64,000 nt of DNA from a bacterium (GCA_963676395.1 OY781066.1:1088001-1152000); one strand, 5' to 3'. Shown: positions 48,753 to 58,328, counted from the stretch's first letter. The notes: a model not told the origin generated them from the sequence alone. Numbers and translations: made by a program.

Positions 48753-49712
48753 ATGAGAGGAATTATGACAATAAAAAGCCTAATAAATAGCAAAATAGAG
48801 TTTGTAAACATTAAATTGCTATATGTAATAATTATTAGTTTCTGTTTTCTACCGTTTGTATCTCCGGCAATTGCCTTATTTATAGGTTTAGTGCTTTCTC
48901 TTATCGGGATCAGGCACAAAAATATTCATAAATACACATCGCATATATTACAACTCTCTATTGTTTTATTGGGTTTTGGGATGAACCTAAGCGATGTACT
49001 TGCCGCTTCAAAAAGTGGTTTCCTCGAAACTGCAATTTCAGTTTCATGTGTAATGGCTTGTGGTATCTTATTAGGCAAGCTCTTTAAGGTTGAAAAAAAT
49101 ATCTCGCTCTTAATAGCAACAGGTACGGCTATTTGCGGAGGAAGTGCCATTGCTGCAGTTGCACCAATATTAAACAGTAAAAATTATCAAAATTCGTTTG
49201 CTCTTATTGTTGTATTTGTGCTAAATGCTGTCGCGCTATTTTTGTTTCCCCTAATCGGTCATAAGTTAGGCTTAAGCCAGGAAACATTCGGGAACTGGGC
49301 AGCTATTGCCATTCACGATACCAGCTCGGTTGTTGGTGCGGGGGCAAGTTATGGCGAAAAAGCATTGCAAGTTGCAACAACCGTTAAACTTATACGTGCC
49401 TTATGGATTATCCCGCTATCATTGGTTATCGCTTTTTTTAATAAACGTGACGAAAAAAAGAAGATTAAACTTCCATGGTTTATATTGATATTTGTCCTTG
49501 CCATCGTATTTGCTAATATATTTCCAAATTTTCAGACCAGCTATTCTCATTTTGCCTGGTTAGGCAAACGCGGAATGGTTGTCGCTCTGTTTCTAATTGG
49601 ATCAAACATCTCAATTGACCAAATCAAACAATCCGGAGTAAGGAGTTTTGCACTTGGAATTTCCTTGTGGGCAATAATTTCGGTTGGTTCATTATTTCTT
49701 TTGACCCGTTAA
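48753..49712 (+). CDS. YeiH family putative sulfate exporter membrane protein
   Basis: GTAICGGSAIAA, AIHDTSSVVGAG, KLIRALWIIP. Confidence 0.9.
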   Translation: MRGIMTIKSLINSKIEFVNIKLLYVIIISFCFLPFVSPAIALFIGLVLSLIGIRHKNIHKYTSHILQLSIVLLGFGMNLSDVLAASKSGFLETAISVSCVMACGILLGKLFKVEKNISLLIATGTAICGGSAIAAVAPILNSKNYQNSFALIVVFVLNAVALFLFPLIGHKLGLSQETFGNWAAIAIHDTSSVVGAGASYGEKALQVATTVKLIRALWIIPLSLVIAFFNKRDEKKKIKLPWFILIFVLAIVFANIFPNFQTSYSHFAWLGKRGMVVALFLIGSNISIDQIKQSGVRSFALGISLWAIISVGSLFLLTR

Positions 49713-49715
49713 GCT

Positions 49716-49898
49716 ATGCCAAATATCTATATCATACTAACCCTTGTTGTTTCCAGCTTGACAAAGGGAATAACCGGATTTGGATTTGCATTATTTTTTC
49801 TGCCAATACTTTTAACCCGGTACGGGCAAAAAAAAATAATTTCCGTCCTGATGATTGATAAACCATCAATATTTTTTAATATTGATACCACTTGTTAA
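49716..49898 (+). pseudogene. Truncated TauE/SafE sulfite exporter fragment
   Basis: SSLTKGITGFGFAL N-terminal motif, only 60 codons. Confidence 0.6.
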
Positions 49899-50000
49899 AT
49901 CAATTAAATTTCTGAAAGTATTTGAAATGAATAGGAAATATGAACAATAATGTCAACAGCTAACATTGCACAGATTGTGCTAAAATTAAACGGATAAATC

Positions 50001-51002
50001 ATGAGATATAATAATTCTACATTTAAAGCATTTCGGGTTGAAGAGAAAAATGGCAACTACATCGGTTCCGTTAAAAACATTGAATTCAGTACTTTGGACA
50101 AAGATGAAATCTTGGTAAGAGTGCACTACAGTTCACTAAATTACAAAGATGCTCTGTCTGCTTCGGGAAACAAGGGCGTTACAAAAAATTATCCCCATAC
50201 CCCGGGTATTGATGCTGTTGGGGTAATTGAAAAATCGAACGATATAAATCTAGAAGTTGGTGAAAAAGTAATAGTAACCAGCTACGATTTAGGGATGAAC
50301 ACCGACGGAGGATTTGCCGAATATATCAAAGTCCCTGCTAAATGGGCCGTTAAATTGCCCGAGAACATGACCATGAAAGAAGCTATGGTATATGGAACGG
50401 CCGGATTAACTGCCGGTATGTCGGTTTTAAGACTGACTGAATTGATAAAACCGGAAGATGGAAAAATAGTGGTTTCAGGCGCTACCGGTGGTGTAGGTTC
50501 ATTAAGCGTTTCGATATTGAGTAAATTAGGATACACTGTCGTCGCAATAACAGGAAAAGAAGCAGAACGGGATTATTTAATGAACCTTGGGGCAAAAGAA
50601 ATAATATTGCGCAACGAAATTGAAAAGTTAGATAAAAAACCCTTGTTAAAACCTTTATTTGCAGGTGCAATAGATACTGTTGGTGGAACAATTCTTGAAA
50701 ACATTATTAAATCAACTGATTCGATTGGTGTCGTTACTTGTTGTGGCAATGTGGCATCACCCAAACTTGACTTAACAGTTTTCCCCTTTATCCTAAGAGG
50801 AATTACGCTCATTGGAATTGATTCTCAAAACTACCCAATGAAATACAGGACAAAAGTGTGGGAAATGCTATCGGATAAATGGAAACCAAAACAATTAGAG
50901 GATACTTGCTTCGAAGTTAAGCTTGAAGAAATACAAGAAAAAATTGCCTTAATGCTTCAGGGAAAGCTAAAAGGAAGAACCATTTTGAAATTGATCGAAT
51001 AA
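50001..51002 (+). CDS. YhdH/YhfP (AcuI-like) quinone oxidoreductase / acryloyl-CoA reductase
   Basis: YSSLNYKDAL, PGID, GTAGLTA, GATGGVGS, PFILRGITLIGIDS. Confidence 0.92.
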   Translation: MRYNNSTFKAFRVEEKNGNYIGSVKNIEFSTLDKDEILVRVHYSSLNYKDALSASGNKGVTKNYPHTPGIDAVGVIEKSNDINLEVGEKVIVTSYDLGMNTDGGFAEYIKVPAKWAVKLPENMTMKEAMVYGTAGLTAGMSVLRLTELIKPEDGKIVVSGATGGVGSLSVSILSKLGYTVVAITGKEAERDYLMNLGAKEIILRNEIEKLDKKPLLKPLFAGAIDTVGGTILENIIKSTDSIGVVTCCGNVASPKLDLTVFPFILRGITLIGIDSQNYPMKYRTKVWEMLSDKWKPKQLEDTCFEVKLEEIQEKIALMLQGKLKGRTILKLIE

Positions 51003-51190
51003 ATACACAAAATTTTATGTCAGGTTCATCCTAATGTTGGATTCATGATCAATTATCTGTTCCTCACGGATGGATAACCATACGCATATCCCTGACTAAG
51101 CTTAAACCAACCGATAGCTGTAATGTGATAAAGAGCCATTTACTTATTGATACTCAAAGTTCAAAATTATTGAAAAACAAGGCAGAATAA

Positions 51191-51599
51191 ATGAACACAT
51201 GTAAAAAATGCGGTAATGAGTATAATATTTCAGTGGATAACTCAAAATTATGGTTATTCAAACATTTTAATGGCAGTTTTTGTGGCCATGTGGATTAAAA
51301 TATTTTATCGAAAATATATCTATAACTTTTATGAAATTCTAATTCTCTTGCTTTTTATAAGCGGAATGGAAATGTTAATGTTTTCGCTATTAGGCATGCT
51401 GAAGAGTCTAACAAAAATACATGTTATGAGCATTGGAGCTAACATTGTTTTAATTTATGCTTTCTGGGCAATTGGTCAATTTTTTGACAAAAGAAAAATA
51501 TTTAATTATATCAAAGCTCCTATTGCATATTTCTAAGGATTTATTTCTTTTACTATCGTGGCTTTAGGAATTGGATTTTTAATAGACTTGATAAAATAA
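51191..51599 (+). pseudogene. DUF3667-like membrane protein pseudogene (internal deletion plus nonsense codon)
   Basis: MNTCKKCG Zn-knuckle start is out of frame with the C-terminal TM part (NYGYSNI...WAIGQFF); in-frame TAA at 51534 followed by 20 more plausible codons to TAA 51597. Confidence 0.65.
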
Positions 51600-51601
51600 A
51601 A

Positions 51602-51680
51602 ATTACCGCTAACACGCTGTATAAGCAAAGACTGTTGATGTGCTAAATTTCAAGATTTGTGCAGGTTGATAAGTTTTAAG
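51602..51680 (+). repeat. Left half of an attC-like site (truncated)
   Basis: ATTACCGCTAACACGCTGTATAAG...TGCTAAATTT...GGTTGATAAG shares motifs with sites at 16791 and 19290; no right arm. Confidence 0.6.
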
Positions 51681-51715
51681 CGAGGAAGAGAGTTATCTTG
51701 TCTCAAGTCTTTCTG

Positions 51716-52945
51716 TCAAACGATATCGTAAAACGTCCCATAATCGGGGTCATACAATCTCTTATAGATCTTCGGTAAGGAAATATCCGTCTGTTCGGCA
51801 AAGTAATCGCAAACCATCCGGGCGACGGCTACATAATCATTTGCATCGAGTTGTTTGAGTTTTTCCCTTAGAACTTTGGGAAGGATATTTTTATGAAGAG
51901 TAAAATTATCGGGACCACCTTGCAAGAAGGTTTCAAAAAGTCGTTTAAGGATATAGCGGCCTTTAAATTCCAGCTGTTCCAGTTGCGGAGAGCGGAAAAT
52001 AATATCAACCGCAAGGCGTTTGTATAGGGTATTCTCGATCTCGACATCGGGATCGATCTCAATGCCGTATTTATAGCGATTGGTTTTATCTGCCAAAGGG
52101 TGTTCGCGTTCTACAATACTGGCGCCCTGGATAAAGCGTCCCGTGCGGGAAGCCAGGTAACGATCGAAGTCTTCACGATGATCCAGTTTAGCGATCACAG
52201 TATCCAAATAACGGGCTTCATCTTTGCTGAGCTCATGCTCGTTGGCCCAGTGTTCTATTTCTTTGCGATTTACAAATCCGGCCAGATAACCATCCGACAG
52301 ATCATGTAACGAATACGCAACATCATCGGCCCAGTTCATGATCTGGCATTCCAGACTGCGTTCGGCATGACGTTCTTTGCCACCGTTAACGAATTCTAAG
52401 TACTTATCCTGATCATCGTAGAGAAATTTACTTTCTTTGGTTCTGTCCGACCACAGTACTTTATATTTCAACACACCATCCACAAAGGCGCGGCTGGGTT
52501 TCATACCCTGATCACCTTCGAGATCTTCATGTAATTGCTCGGTCACGATCTTTAGTGTCTGCGCATTGCCTTCAAATCCGCCGGCCTCTTTCATAAGCCC
52601 GTTCAACATGGCCTCACCGGGATGTCCGTAAGGTGGATTGCCCAAATCATGGGCCAAACAAATGCCTTCTACCAAATCTACATCAATGGCTCTTTCTTTA
52701 AAATGTGTCGTGTTCAAATAATGAACAATAGAGCGACCGATCTGTGCAACTTCTAAAGAATGAGTTAAACGAGTACGGTAAAAATCGTGAGCACCGGATT
52801 TAAAGACTTGGGTTTTATTCTGCAAACGACGAAAAGCACCGCTATACAAAATGCGGTCGCGATCAACCTGGAACACCGTACGATAATGATCATCGTGACG
52901 GGCTCCCAATGTTTCGCCGTCAAAGCGATTATAAAAGTGTGTCAT
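51716..52945 (-). CDS. dgt: Deoxyguanosinetriphosphate triphosphohydrolase
   Basis: DRDRI, FRRLQNKTQV, RTRLTHSLEV, AHDLGNPPYGH, FEGNAQ, ADDVAY. Confidence 0.95.
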   Translation of the reverse strand: MTHFYNRFDGETLGARHDDHYRTVFQVDRDRILYSGAFRRLQNKTQVFKSGAHDFYRTRLTHSLEVAQIGRSIVHYLNTTHFKERAIDVDLVEGICLAHDLGNPPYGHPGEAMLNGLMKEAGGFEGNAQTLKIVTEQLHEDLEGDQGMKPSRAFVDGVLKYKVLWSDRTKESKFLYDDQDKYLEFVNGGKERHAERSLECQIMNWADDVAYSLHDLSDGYLAGFVNRKEIEHWANEHELSKDEARYLDTVIAKLDHREDFDRYLASRTGRFIQGASIVEREHPLADKTNRYKYGIEIDPDVEIENTLYKRLAVDIIFRSPQLEQLEFKGRYILKRLFETFLQGGPDNFTLHKNILPKVLREKLKQLDANDYVAVARMVCDYFAEQTDISLPKIYKRLYDPDYGTFYDIV

Positions 52946-53175
52946 TAGCTTACATTAACGACTTCGACAACTTCCGGAATTTCGTTTTTAAGGACACGTT
53001 CGATGCCGGCTTTGAGAGTCATTGTTGACATTGGGCAACCTTTACAAGCACCTGTCAAGCGGACTTCAACGACATTATCTTCACGGACGTTGACCAATTC
53101 ACAATCACCGCCATCCATCTGCAAAGAAGGACGGACTTTATCTAAAACTTCTTGAACTTTTGCTCTATCTAACAT
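52945..53175 (-). CDS. NifU/NfuA C-terminal domain protein
   Basis: [24 protein letters not shown]. Confidence 0.93.
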   Translation of the reverse strand: MLDRAKVQEVLDKVRPSLQMDGGDCELVNVREDNVVEVRLTGACKGCPMSTMTLKAGIERVLKNEIPEVVEVVNVS

Positions 53176-53259
53176 GATGTTTCCTTTATAGTTGATTCGT
53201 TTTTTCAAGACATAATATTAACACATAATTTTTATTATTCAAAGGAAATCGGGTGAAAG

Positions 53260-53313
53260 AATTTAGAATTTAGTATACAGTATTTAGTAGTTAGTAGGAG
53301 TAGTTAGAAGTTG
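53260..53313. repeat. Degenerate heptamer tandem array downstream of the four-helix-bundle gene
   Basis: TTTAGAA TTTAGTA TACAGTA TTTAGTA GTTAGTA GGAGTA GTTAGAA. Confidence 0.75.
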
Positions 53314-53604
53314 GGTGAGCGATTTTACATCAACAAATTTTAGATCATGTATTAACTCTAAATAATTTTCCGTTTCATTTAATGATCCTTTTGAGATTAA
53401 ATAAAAACGAACCTTATCCTTTAGATGAAATCGTCCGAATCCTTCAGAAATATTTGCCGGAATTGAAAGAGCAGATCGTCTGATCTGACTTGTCAGGCCA
53501 TACTTTTCTTCTTTTGGGAGTTTATTCGTGACCTTGTAGATATTTTTTACGAGAATATGAGCTTTTTGCCACACAATCAAATCTTGATAGCGTTTTGCTT
53601 TCAT
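53284..53604 (-). CDS. Four helix bundle protein (TIGR02436 / 23S rRNA-IVS-like), C-terminally truncated
   Basis: DLIVWQKA, PKEEKYGLTSQIRRSALSIPANISEG, GSLNE; last codons derive from the heptamer repeat. Confidence 0.85.
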   Translation of the reverse strand: MKAKRYQDLIVWQKAHILVKNIYKVTNKLPKEEKYGLTSQIRRSALSIPANISEGFGRFHLKDKVRFYLISKGSLNETENYLELIHDLKFVDVKSLTQLLTTPTNY

Positions 53605-53630
53605 TTTTCGTCCCTCAATTTATATTTCGT

Positions 53631-53671
53631 CCACTACTAACTACTGTATTCTAAATGCTAACGACTAACTA
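53631..53671. repeat. Degenerate heptamer array upstream of the four-helix-bundle gene, inverted relative to 53260-53313
   Basis: TACTAAC TACTGTA TTCTAAA TGCTAAC GACTAAC. Confidence 0.75.
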
Positions 53672-54628
53672 CTTCTCTTCCTTTTTCTCCCCATCATACG
53701 CATCAATAATCTTTTTCACCAACGGGTGCCTGACAACATCGATCACATTGAGTTCACAAATGGCAATACCGTCAATATCGCGCAACAAATCAATCGCGGT
53801 ACAAAGTCCGGAGCGTTGATTGTAAGGAAGGTCAATTTGAGTTACATCACCAGTAATAAAGGCTTTAGAGTTCACACCGATACGGGTGAGAAACATCTTC
53901 ATTTGCAAATCGGTGGTGTTTTGCGCTTCATCTAAAATGAGGTAAGCGTTATCTAAAGTTCGTCCACGCATATAAGCCAGCGGTACGATCTCGATCACAT
54001 GTTGTTCGATATAAGCTTTAAATTTCTCAGGAGCGATCATACTGCGCATGGCATCGTACAAAGGCGCTAAATAAGGGTCAATCTTGTCTTTCATGTCACC
54101 GGGTAGAAATCCCAGTCGTTCACCGGCTTCAACCGCAGGACGAGTAAGTATAATACGCCCGATCTCGCGATTCTTGAGAGCGGCCACCGCACAAGCAACC
54201 GCCTGATAGGTTTTACCGGTACCGGCCGGACCGATCGCAAAGGTAATATCGTTTTCCAAAGAAGCACGGAAATAAGCTTCCTGTCCCTCAGTACGGGGTT
54301 TGATCACACCTTTATGAGTAAACAATATAATAGAGTCATCGGGACCCGAATACACTTTTTCGTTATGATCCGTTTCCATGTTGATCACGGTTTGGATATC
54401 TTTTTTATCCAGTTGTTTTCGCGCCGGGATCAGATGGATCAGCTCTTCCAGCACATGGTTGATTTGTTCTACGACCTCAAACTCACCATCGATGATCAGG
54501 CGTTCTCCACGTGCGGTAATGGTAGCATTAAAATGATTTTGCAATATCTTAAGGTTTTCATCCCGTACCCCAAGCAAAGCTATAGGATCAAAGCCTTTTA
54601 TGATGATCTCGCGTTTGGTGTTCGTCAT
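53669..54628 (-). CDS. phoH: PhoH family ATPase
   Basis: GPAGTGKT, RPAVEAGERLGFLPGD, YMRGRTL, DEAQN, GDVTQIDLP. Confidence 0.95.
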   Translation of the reverse strand: MTNTKREIIIKGFDPIALLGVRDENLKILQNHFNATITARGERLIIDGEFEVVEQINHVLEELIHLIPARKQLDKKDIQTVINMETDHNEKVYSGPDDSIILFTHKGVIKPRTEGQEAYFRASLENDITFAIGPAGTGKTYQAVACAVAALKNREIGRIILTRPAVEAGERLGFLPGDMKDKIDPYLAPLYDAMRSMIAPEKFKAYIEQHVIEIVPLAYMRGRTLDNAYLILDEAQNTTDLQMKMFLTRIGVNSKAFITGDVTQIDLPYNQRSGLCTAIDLLRDIDGIAICELNVIDVVRHPLVKKIIDAYDGEKKEEK

Positions 54629-54641
54629 GGAGTCTCCCGGC

Positions 54642-57296
54642 CTATTTAGCCAATTTCCCGTAATTTTCTTTCAAGAGGGCCAGCGATTCTTCGTAGTTAG
54701 CCAATTTATTGCGCTCGTGCTGTACCACATTTTCCGGTGCGCGCGATACGAAATTCTCGTTATTTAATTTGCCTTTAATGCCTTTGATACGACCCTCGAA
54801 ACTGGCGATCTCTTTTTCGAGTCGCTCTTTTTCTTTATCGATATCGATCAAGCCTTCCAGCGATACAAATATCTCTAAATCACCTACCACGGCAGATGAT
54901 GATAGCTCGGGTTTGTCCACGCTTTCCGCAATGCTCAAATCTTTTACCTTTGCCAATGCCGACATATATTCGGCCTGTGTCTGCAGAATGCTTCTCGTCT
55001 CAACAGACCCACCACCGATCAACACATCCGCTTTCTTCGAAGGCGGTACGGTCATCTCGGAACGAATGGTACGAATCGCTGTGATCACATCCATCACCAG
55101 CCCCATTTCTTTCACGGCATTCGCCGAAGGCTTAAGTGCGTCGGTTGTCGGCCAATCGGAAACCATAATATCTTTTTCCTCATCGGCTTTTACGGACTGC
55201 CAAATTTCCTCGGTAATAAAAGGCGCATAAGGATGTAACAATTTGACGATGTTTCTTAAAACATAAATAGCCGTGTGAAGTGCGGCATTCTTTTTCCTGG
55301 CGTCATCACCATAAAGGCGTGATTTGATCAATTCGATATACCAGTCACAGAAATTATTCCATGTAAAATCATAAATATCTTTGGCTGCATCATTAAAACG
55401 GTACTCGCCAAGATTCTTATCAACGGATTCAATAGTGCTTTTAAGTTTCGCCAAAATCCATTTGTCAGCCGTTTCAAGATCAGCATCATCCGGAAGTATA
55501 CCCATTTGCGTGCTTTCGTCCACATTCATTAAAACAAAGCGTGATGCGTTCCACAATTTATTCATGAAGTTGCGGCCCAATTCAATTTGAGAAGTATCAA
55601 AAAGAATATCATGCCCCTTAGGTGCGATCAGCATCATACCGTAACGCAATGCGTCGGCACCGTATTGGTCGATCACCTCCAAAGGATCGGGGGAATTACC
55701 CAAAGATTTACTCATTTTGCGACCCTGCATATCACGGATCAATCCGGTAAAGTAAACATTCTTGAAAGGCAGTTCGCCCATAAATTCATAACCCGCCATG
55801 ATCATTCTTGCCACCCAAAAGAAAATAATATCGGGGGCCGTTACCAAATCATTCGTGGGATAATAATATTTTAAATCTTCATTGCTCTCGGGCCAACCCA
55901 AGGTAGAAAAAGGCCAAAGCCATGATGAGAACCATGTATCAAGAACATCGCTGTCCTGTTTGATACGCTTGCTACCACATACAGGGCAAATCGTAGGATC
56001 TTCGCGTTCGGCAGATTCCCAACCGCAATCGGTACACGTAAAAACCGGAATACGGTGTCCCCACCATAACTGGCGCGAGATACACCAATCGCGAATATTT
56101 TCCAACCAATGATTATAAGTCTTTACCCAACGTTCGGGATTAAATTTTATCTTGCCGCTGTTCACCGCTTCGAGCGCCGGTTTGGCAAGGGGTTCCATTT
56201 TTACAAACCACTGTTCACTCAAACGAGCTTCAACAGGAACATTTGCGCGTTCACTGTAACCGACTTTATGGATATGATCTTCAATTTTATCAAGAAGACC
56301 AAGCGCGTCAAGATCCGCTACAACAGCCTTACGACATTCGTAGCGATCCATACCCTTATACTTTTCGGGAACAACCTCATTCATGGAAGCATCTTCGTTC
56401 ATGATATTGATAAACTCAAGATCATGGCGCAAACCAATTTCATAATCGTTGGGGTCGTGAGCGGGAGTAATCTTCACAGCACCCGTACCAAATGCCATAT
56501 CCACATAATCGTCCTGCACAATAGGAATTTCGCGACCGACAAGAGGCAGAAGAATGCTTTTGCCGACCAAGTCCGTATAGCGATCATCTTTAGGATTCAC
56601 CGCGACCGCCGTATCACCCAACATGGTTTCTGGGCGAGTCGTAGCAATAACCAAGTAGCGGCCGTCTTCACCCTTAACGGGATATTTAAAATGCCAGAGC
56701 TTACCGTTCTTTTCCTGGTGAATTACCTCTTCATCCGAAAGGGCCGTATGCGAAACGGGGCACCAATTGATAATGCGTTTGCCTTTATAAATAAGAACTT
56801 TTTCGTAGAGCTGTACAAATACTTCGCGGACGGCCTTGGATAGACCTTCGTCCAACGTAAAGCGTTCTCTTTCCCAATCGCAAGAAACACCCAACTTACG
56901 CAGCTGGCGAATGATCATACCGCCGTATTGATCTTTCCAGTCCCAAATACGTTCCACAAATTTTTCGCGACCAAAATCATGGCGTGTTTTGTTTTCCGTT
57001 TCACGAATATGTTTTTCAACGCGGGCCTGAGTTGCAATACCGGCATGATCGGTACCCGGCAACCACATGGTTTCAAAACCTTGCATGCGGGCTTTACGGA
57101 CAAGTACATCCTGCAAGGTATTATTTAACACATGACCCATGGTGAGCATACCCGTCACATTAGGCGGAGGGATCATCACGCAAAAGGGCGCTTTTTTATT
57201 AGATGGTTCAGAATGAAAATACCCTTCTGTTTCCCAGTGGGTAAACCAGGCATCTTCAACTTTTTTCGGATCATAGGTTTTTGACAATTCCTTCAT
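54642..57296 (-). CDS. valS: Valine--tRNA ligase
   Basis: PPPNVTG, DHAGIATQ, WCISRQLWWGH, DTWFSS, KMSKS, C-terminal coiled coil. Confidence 0.99.
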   Translation of the reverse strand: MKELSKTYDPKKVEDAWFTHWETEGYFHSEPSNKKAPFCVMIPPPNVTGMLTMGHVLNNTLQDVLVRKARMQGFETMWLPGTDHAGIATQARVEKHIRETENKTRHDFGREKFVERIWDWKDQYGGMIIRQLRKLGVSCDWERERFTLDEGLSKAVREVFVQLYEKVLIYKGKRIINWCPVSHTALSDEEVIHQEKNGKLWHFKYPVKGEDGRYLVIATTRPETMLGDTAVAVNPKDDRYTDLVGKSILLPLVGREIPIVQDDYVDMAFGTGAVKITPAHDPNDYEIGLRHDLEFINIMNEDASMNEVVPEKYKGMDRYECRKAVVADLDALGLLDKIEDHIHKVGYSERANVPVEARLSEQWFVKMEPLAKPALEAVNSGKIKFNPERWVKTYNHWLENIRDWCISRQLWWGHRIPVFTCTDCGWESAEREDPTICPVCGSKRIKQDSDVLDTWFSSWLWPFSTLGWPESNEDLKYYYPTNDLVTAPDIIFFWVARMIMAGYEFMGELPFKNVYFTGLIRDMQGRKMSKSLGNSPDPLEVIDQYGADALRYGMMLIAPKGHDILFDTSQIELGRNFMNKLWNASRFVLMNVDESTQMGILPDDADLETADKWILAKLKSTIESVDKNLGEYRFNDAAKDIYDFTWNNFCDWYIELIKSRLYGDDARKKNAALHTAIYVLRNIVKLLHPYAPFITEEIWQSVKADEEKDIMVSDWPTTDALKPSANAVKEMGLVMDVITAIRTIRSEMTVPPSKKADVLIGGGSVETRSILQTQAEYMSALAKVKDLSIAESVDKPELSSSAVVGDLEIFVSLEGLIDIDKEKERLEKEIASFEGRIKGIKGKLNNENFVSRAPENVVQHERNKLANYEESLALLKENYGKLAK

Positions 57297-57538
57297 TTAT
57301 TCTCCCATATTTGAAGGCGTTAATAATAATGTGAAATTTAGTGAAAAAGCGGTCAGAATACAAGCGCAAGAGCAGGAAAGAACAACCAAAAACCGGAGAA
57401 CAGAAGTCAAAAGCTAAAGACCGGGATAATGTCTTATTCTTAATTCTTAATTAAATCCTCAACTCTCAATTATACATCCTACCATTTAATAGGACAATTT
57501 TTTATTGACTTCCTGAAATTCTTCTGCCATATTGTGGT

Positions 57539-58030
57539 ATGAAAGATTTTATTGACCTATCAGACTTAAAAATTCTATTCCCCGACAACGCAAGCTCGCT
57601 GAAATTTTTAGAAAAATTGCGATGGGGGAAAAAGCCTCAATGCCCGCACTGCGGTTCAGACAGGGTCACCTCATTCAAGAATGAAAACAGACATCATTGC
57701 AATGCCTGCAATGTCTCATTCTCGGCAACGGTCAAAACCATTTTTCACAACACACGCATACCTTTGCAAAAATGGTTTAAAGCCATTGCGTTGGTATTGC
57801 ATAGTGAAAAAAAAGTTTCTGTTCGTAAGCTTGCTCTAGTGATCAATGTAAATAAAAACACCGCTTGGCAGATGCTAAACAAGATCAATGAATCTATTAC
57901 ACACACAGGACAAAAACTTTCAGACGAGTTGAGGCTTGAAGAATTCGTGCTGGACGTAGAAAAACAACTTTCTATTCCACTGGAGTCTTTCAAGAAACTC
58001 GTCCTAAACATGATGGGAACACAGGAGTGA
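57539..58030 (+). mobile_element. IS1595-family transposase N-terminal fragment (Zn ribbon + HTH, no DDE domain)
   Basis: LRW...CPHCG...CNAC..FS...TIFHNTRIPLQKWF...NTAW. Confidence 0.75.
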
Positions 58031-58036
58031 ATAATC

Positions 58037-58297
58037 ATGAAAAACGAATTTGGGGGATAGACGCCGGTTCGGTCACGCCCTCGATCGTTGAGCTTGATTT
58101 GAAAGGCAAGCTACTTAGCGAGCGCTGTATTTCACACCCGGGAAAATCGGCCTTTTAACCCTTCATTAATTACCGAAGCTATGGGCAAAGATATTGAAAA
58201 TATAACGGGTGTTCCGATGCTGACTATCACCTACGATGATACCGAATCACCCAAGAATGATATTATCATTCCATACTTAAAATATGCTGAAATCTGA
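58037..58297 (+). pseudogene. Remnant of a CoA-substrate-specific enzyme activase (2-hydroxyacyl-CoA dehydratase activator fusion)
   Basis: Frameshifted N-terminal GIDAGSV (ASKHA phosphate-1 motif) joined to C-terminal PSLITEAM...GVPMLTITYD...KNDIIIPYL. Confidence 0.55.
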
Positions 58298-58328
58298 TAA
58301 AGCAAGGAACGAATTAAAATTCAATCAC

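Larger units (their letters stand above)
44111..51680 (+). mobile_element. Degenerate integron-like cassette array 2
   Basis: Co-oriented AT-rich unrelated ORFs; attC-like sites or remnants at about 44111, 45736-45762, 46699-46770, 47640-47751, 51113 and 51602-51680. Confidence 0.6.

Noticed and set aside
51716..52945. dGTPase as an anti-phage gene next to the cassette array
   Set aside because: It is on the opposite strand, has backbone-like composition and is coupled to the nifU-phoH-valS run, so it is most simply housekeeping.
53284..53604. Diversity-generating retroelement (Avd-like gene)
   Set aside because: No reverse transcriptase and no TR/VR repeat pair differing at adenines were seen.
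56109..56843. Antisense and alternate-frame ORFs (e.g. 56109..56843, 54709..55230, 20684..21211, 41352..41882)
   Set aside because: These are shadows of well-supported genes on the opposite strand, with no recognisable motifs.
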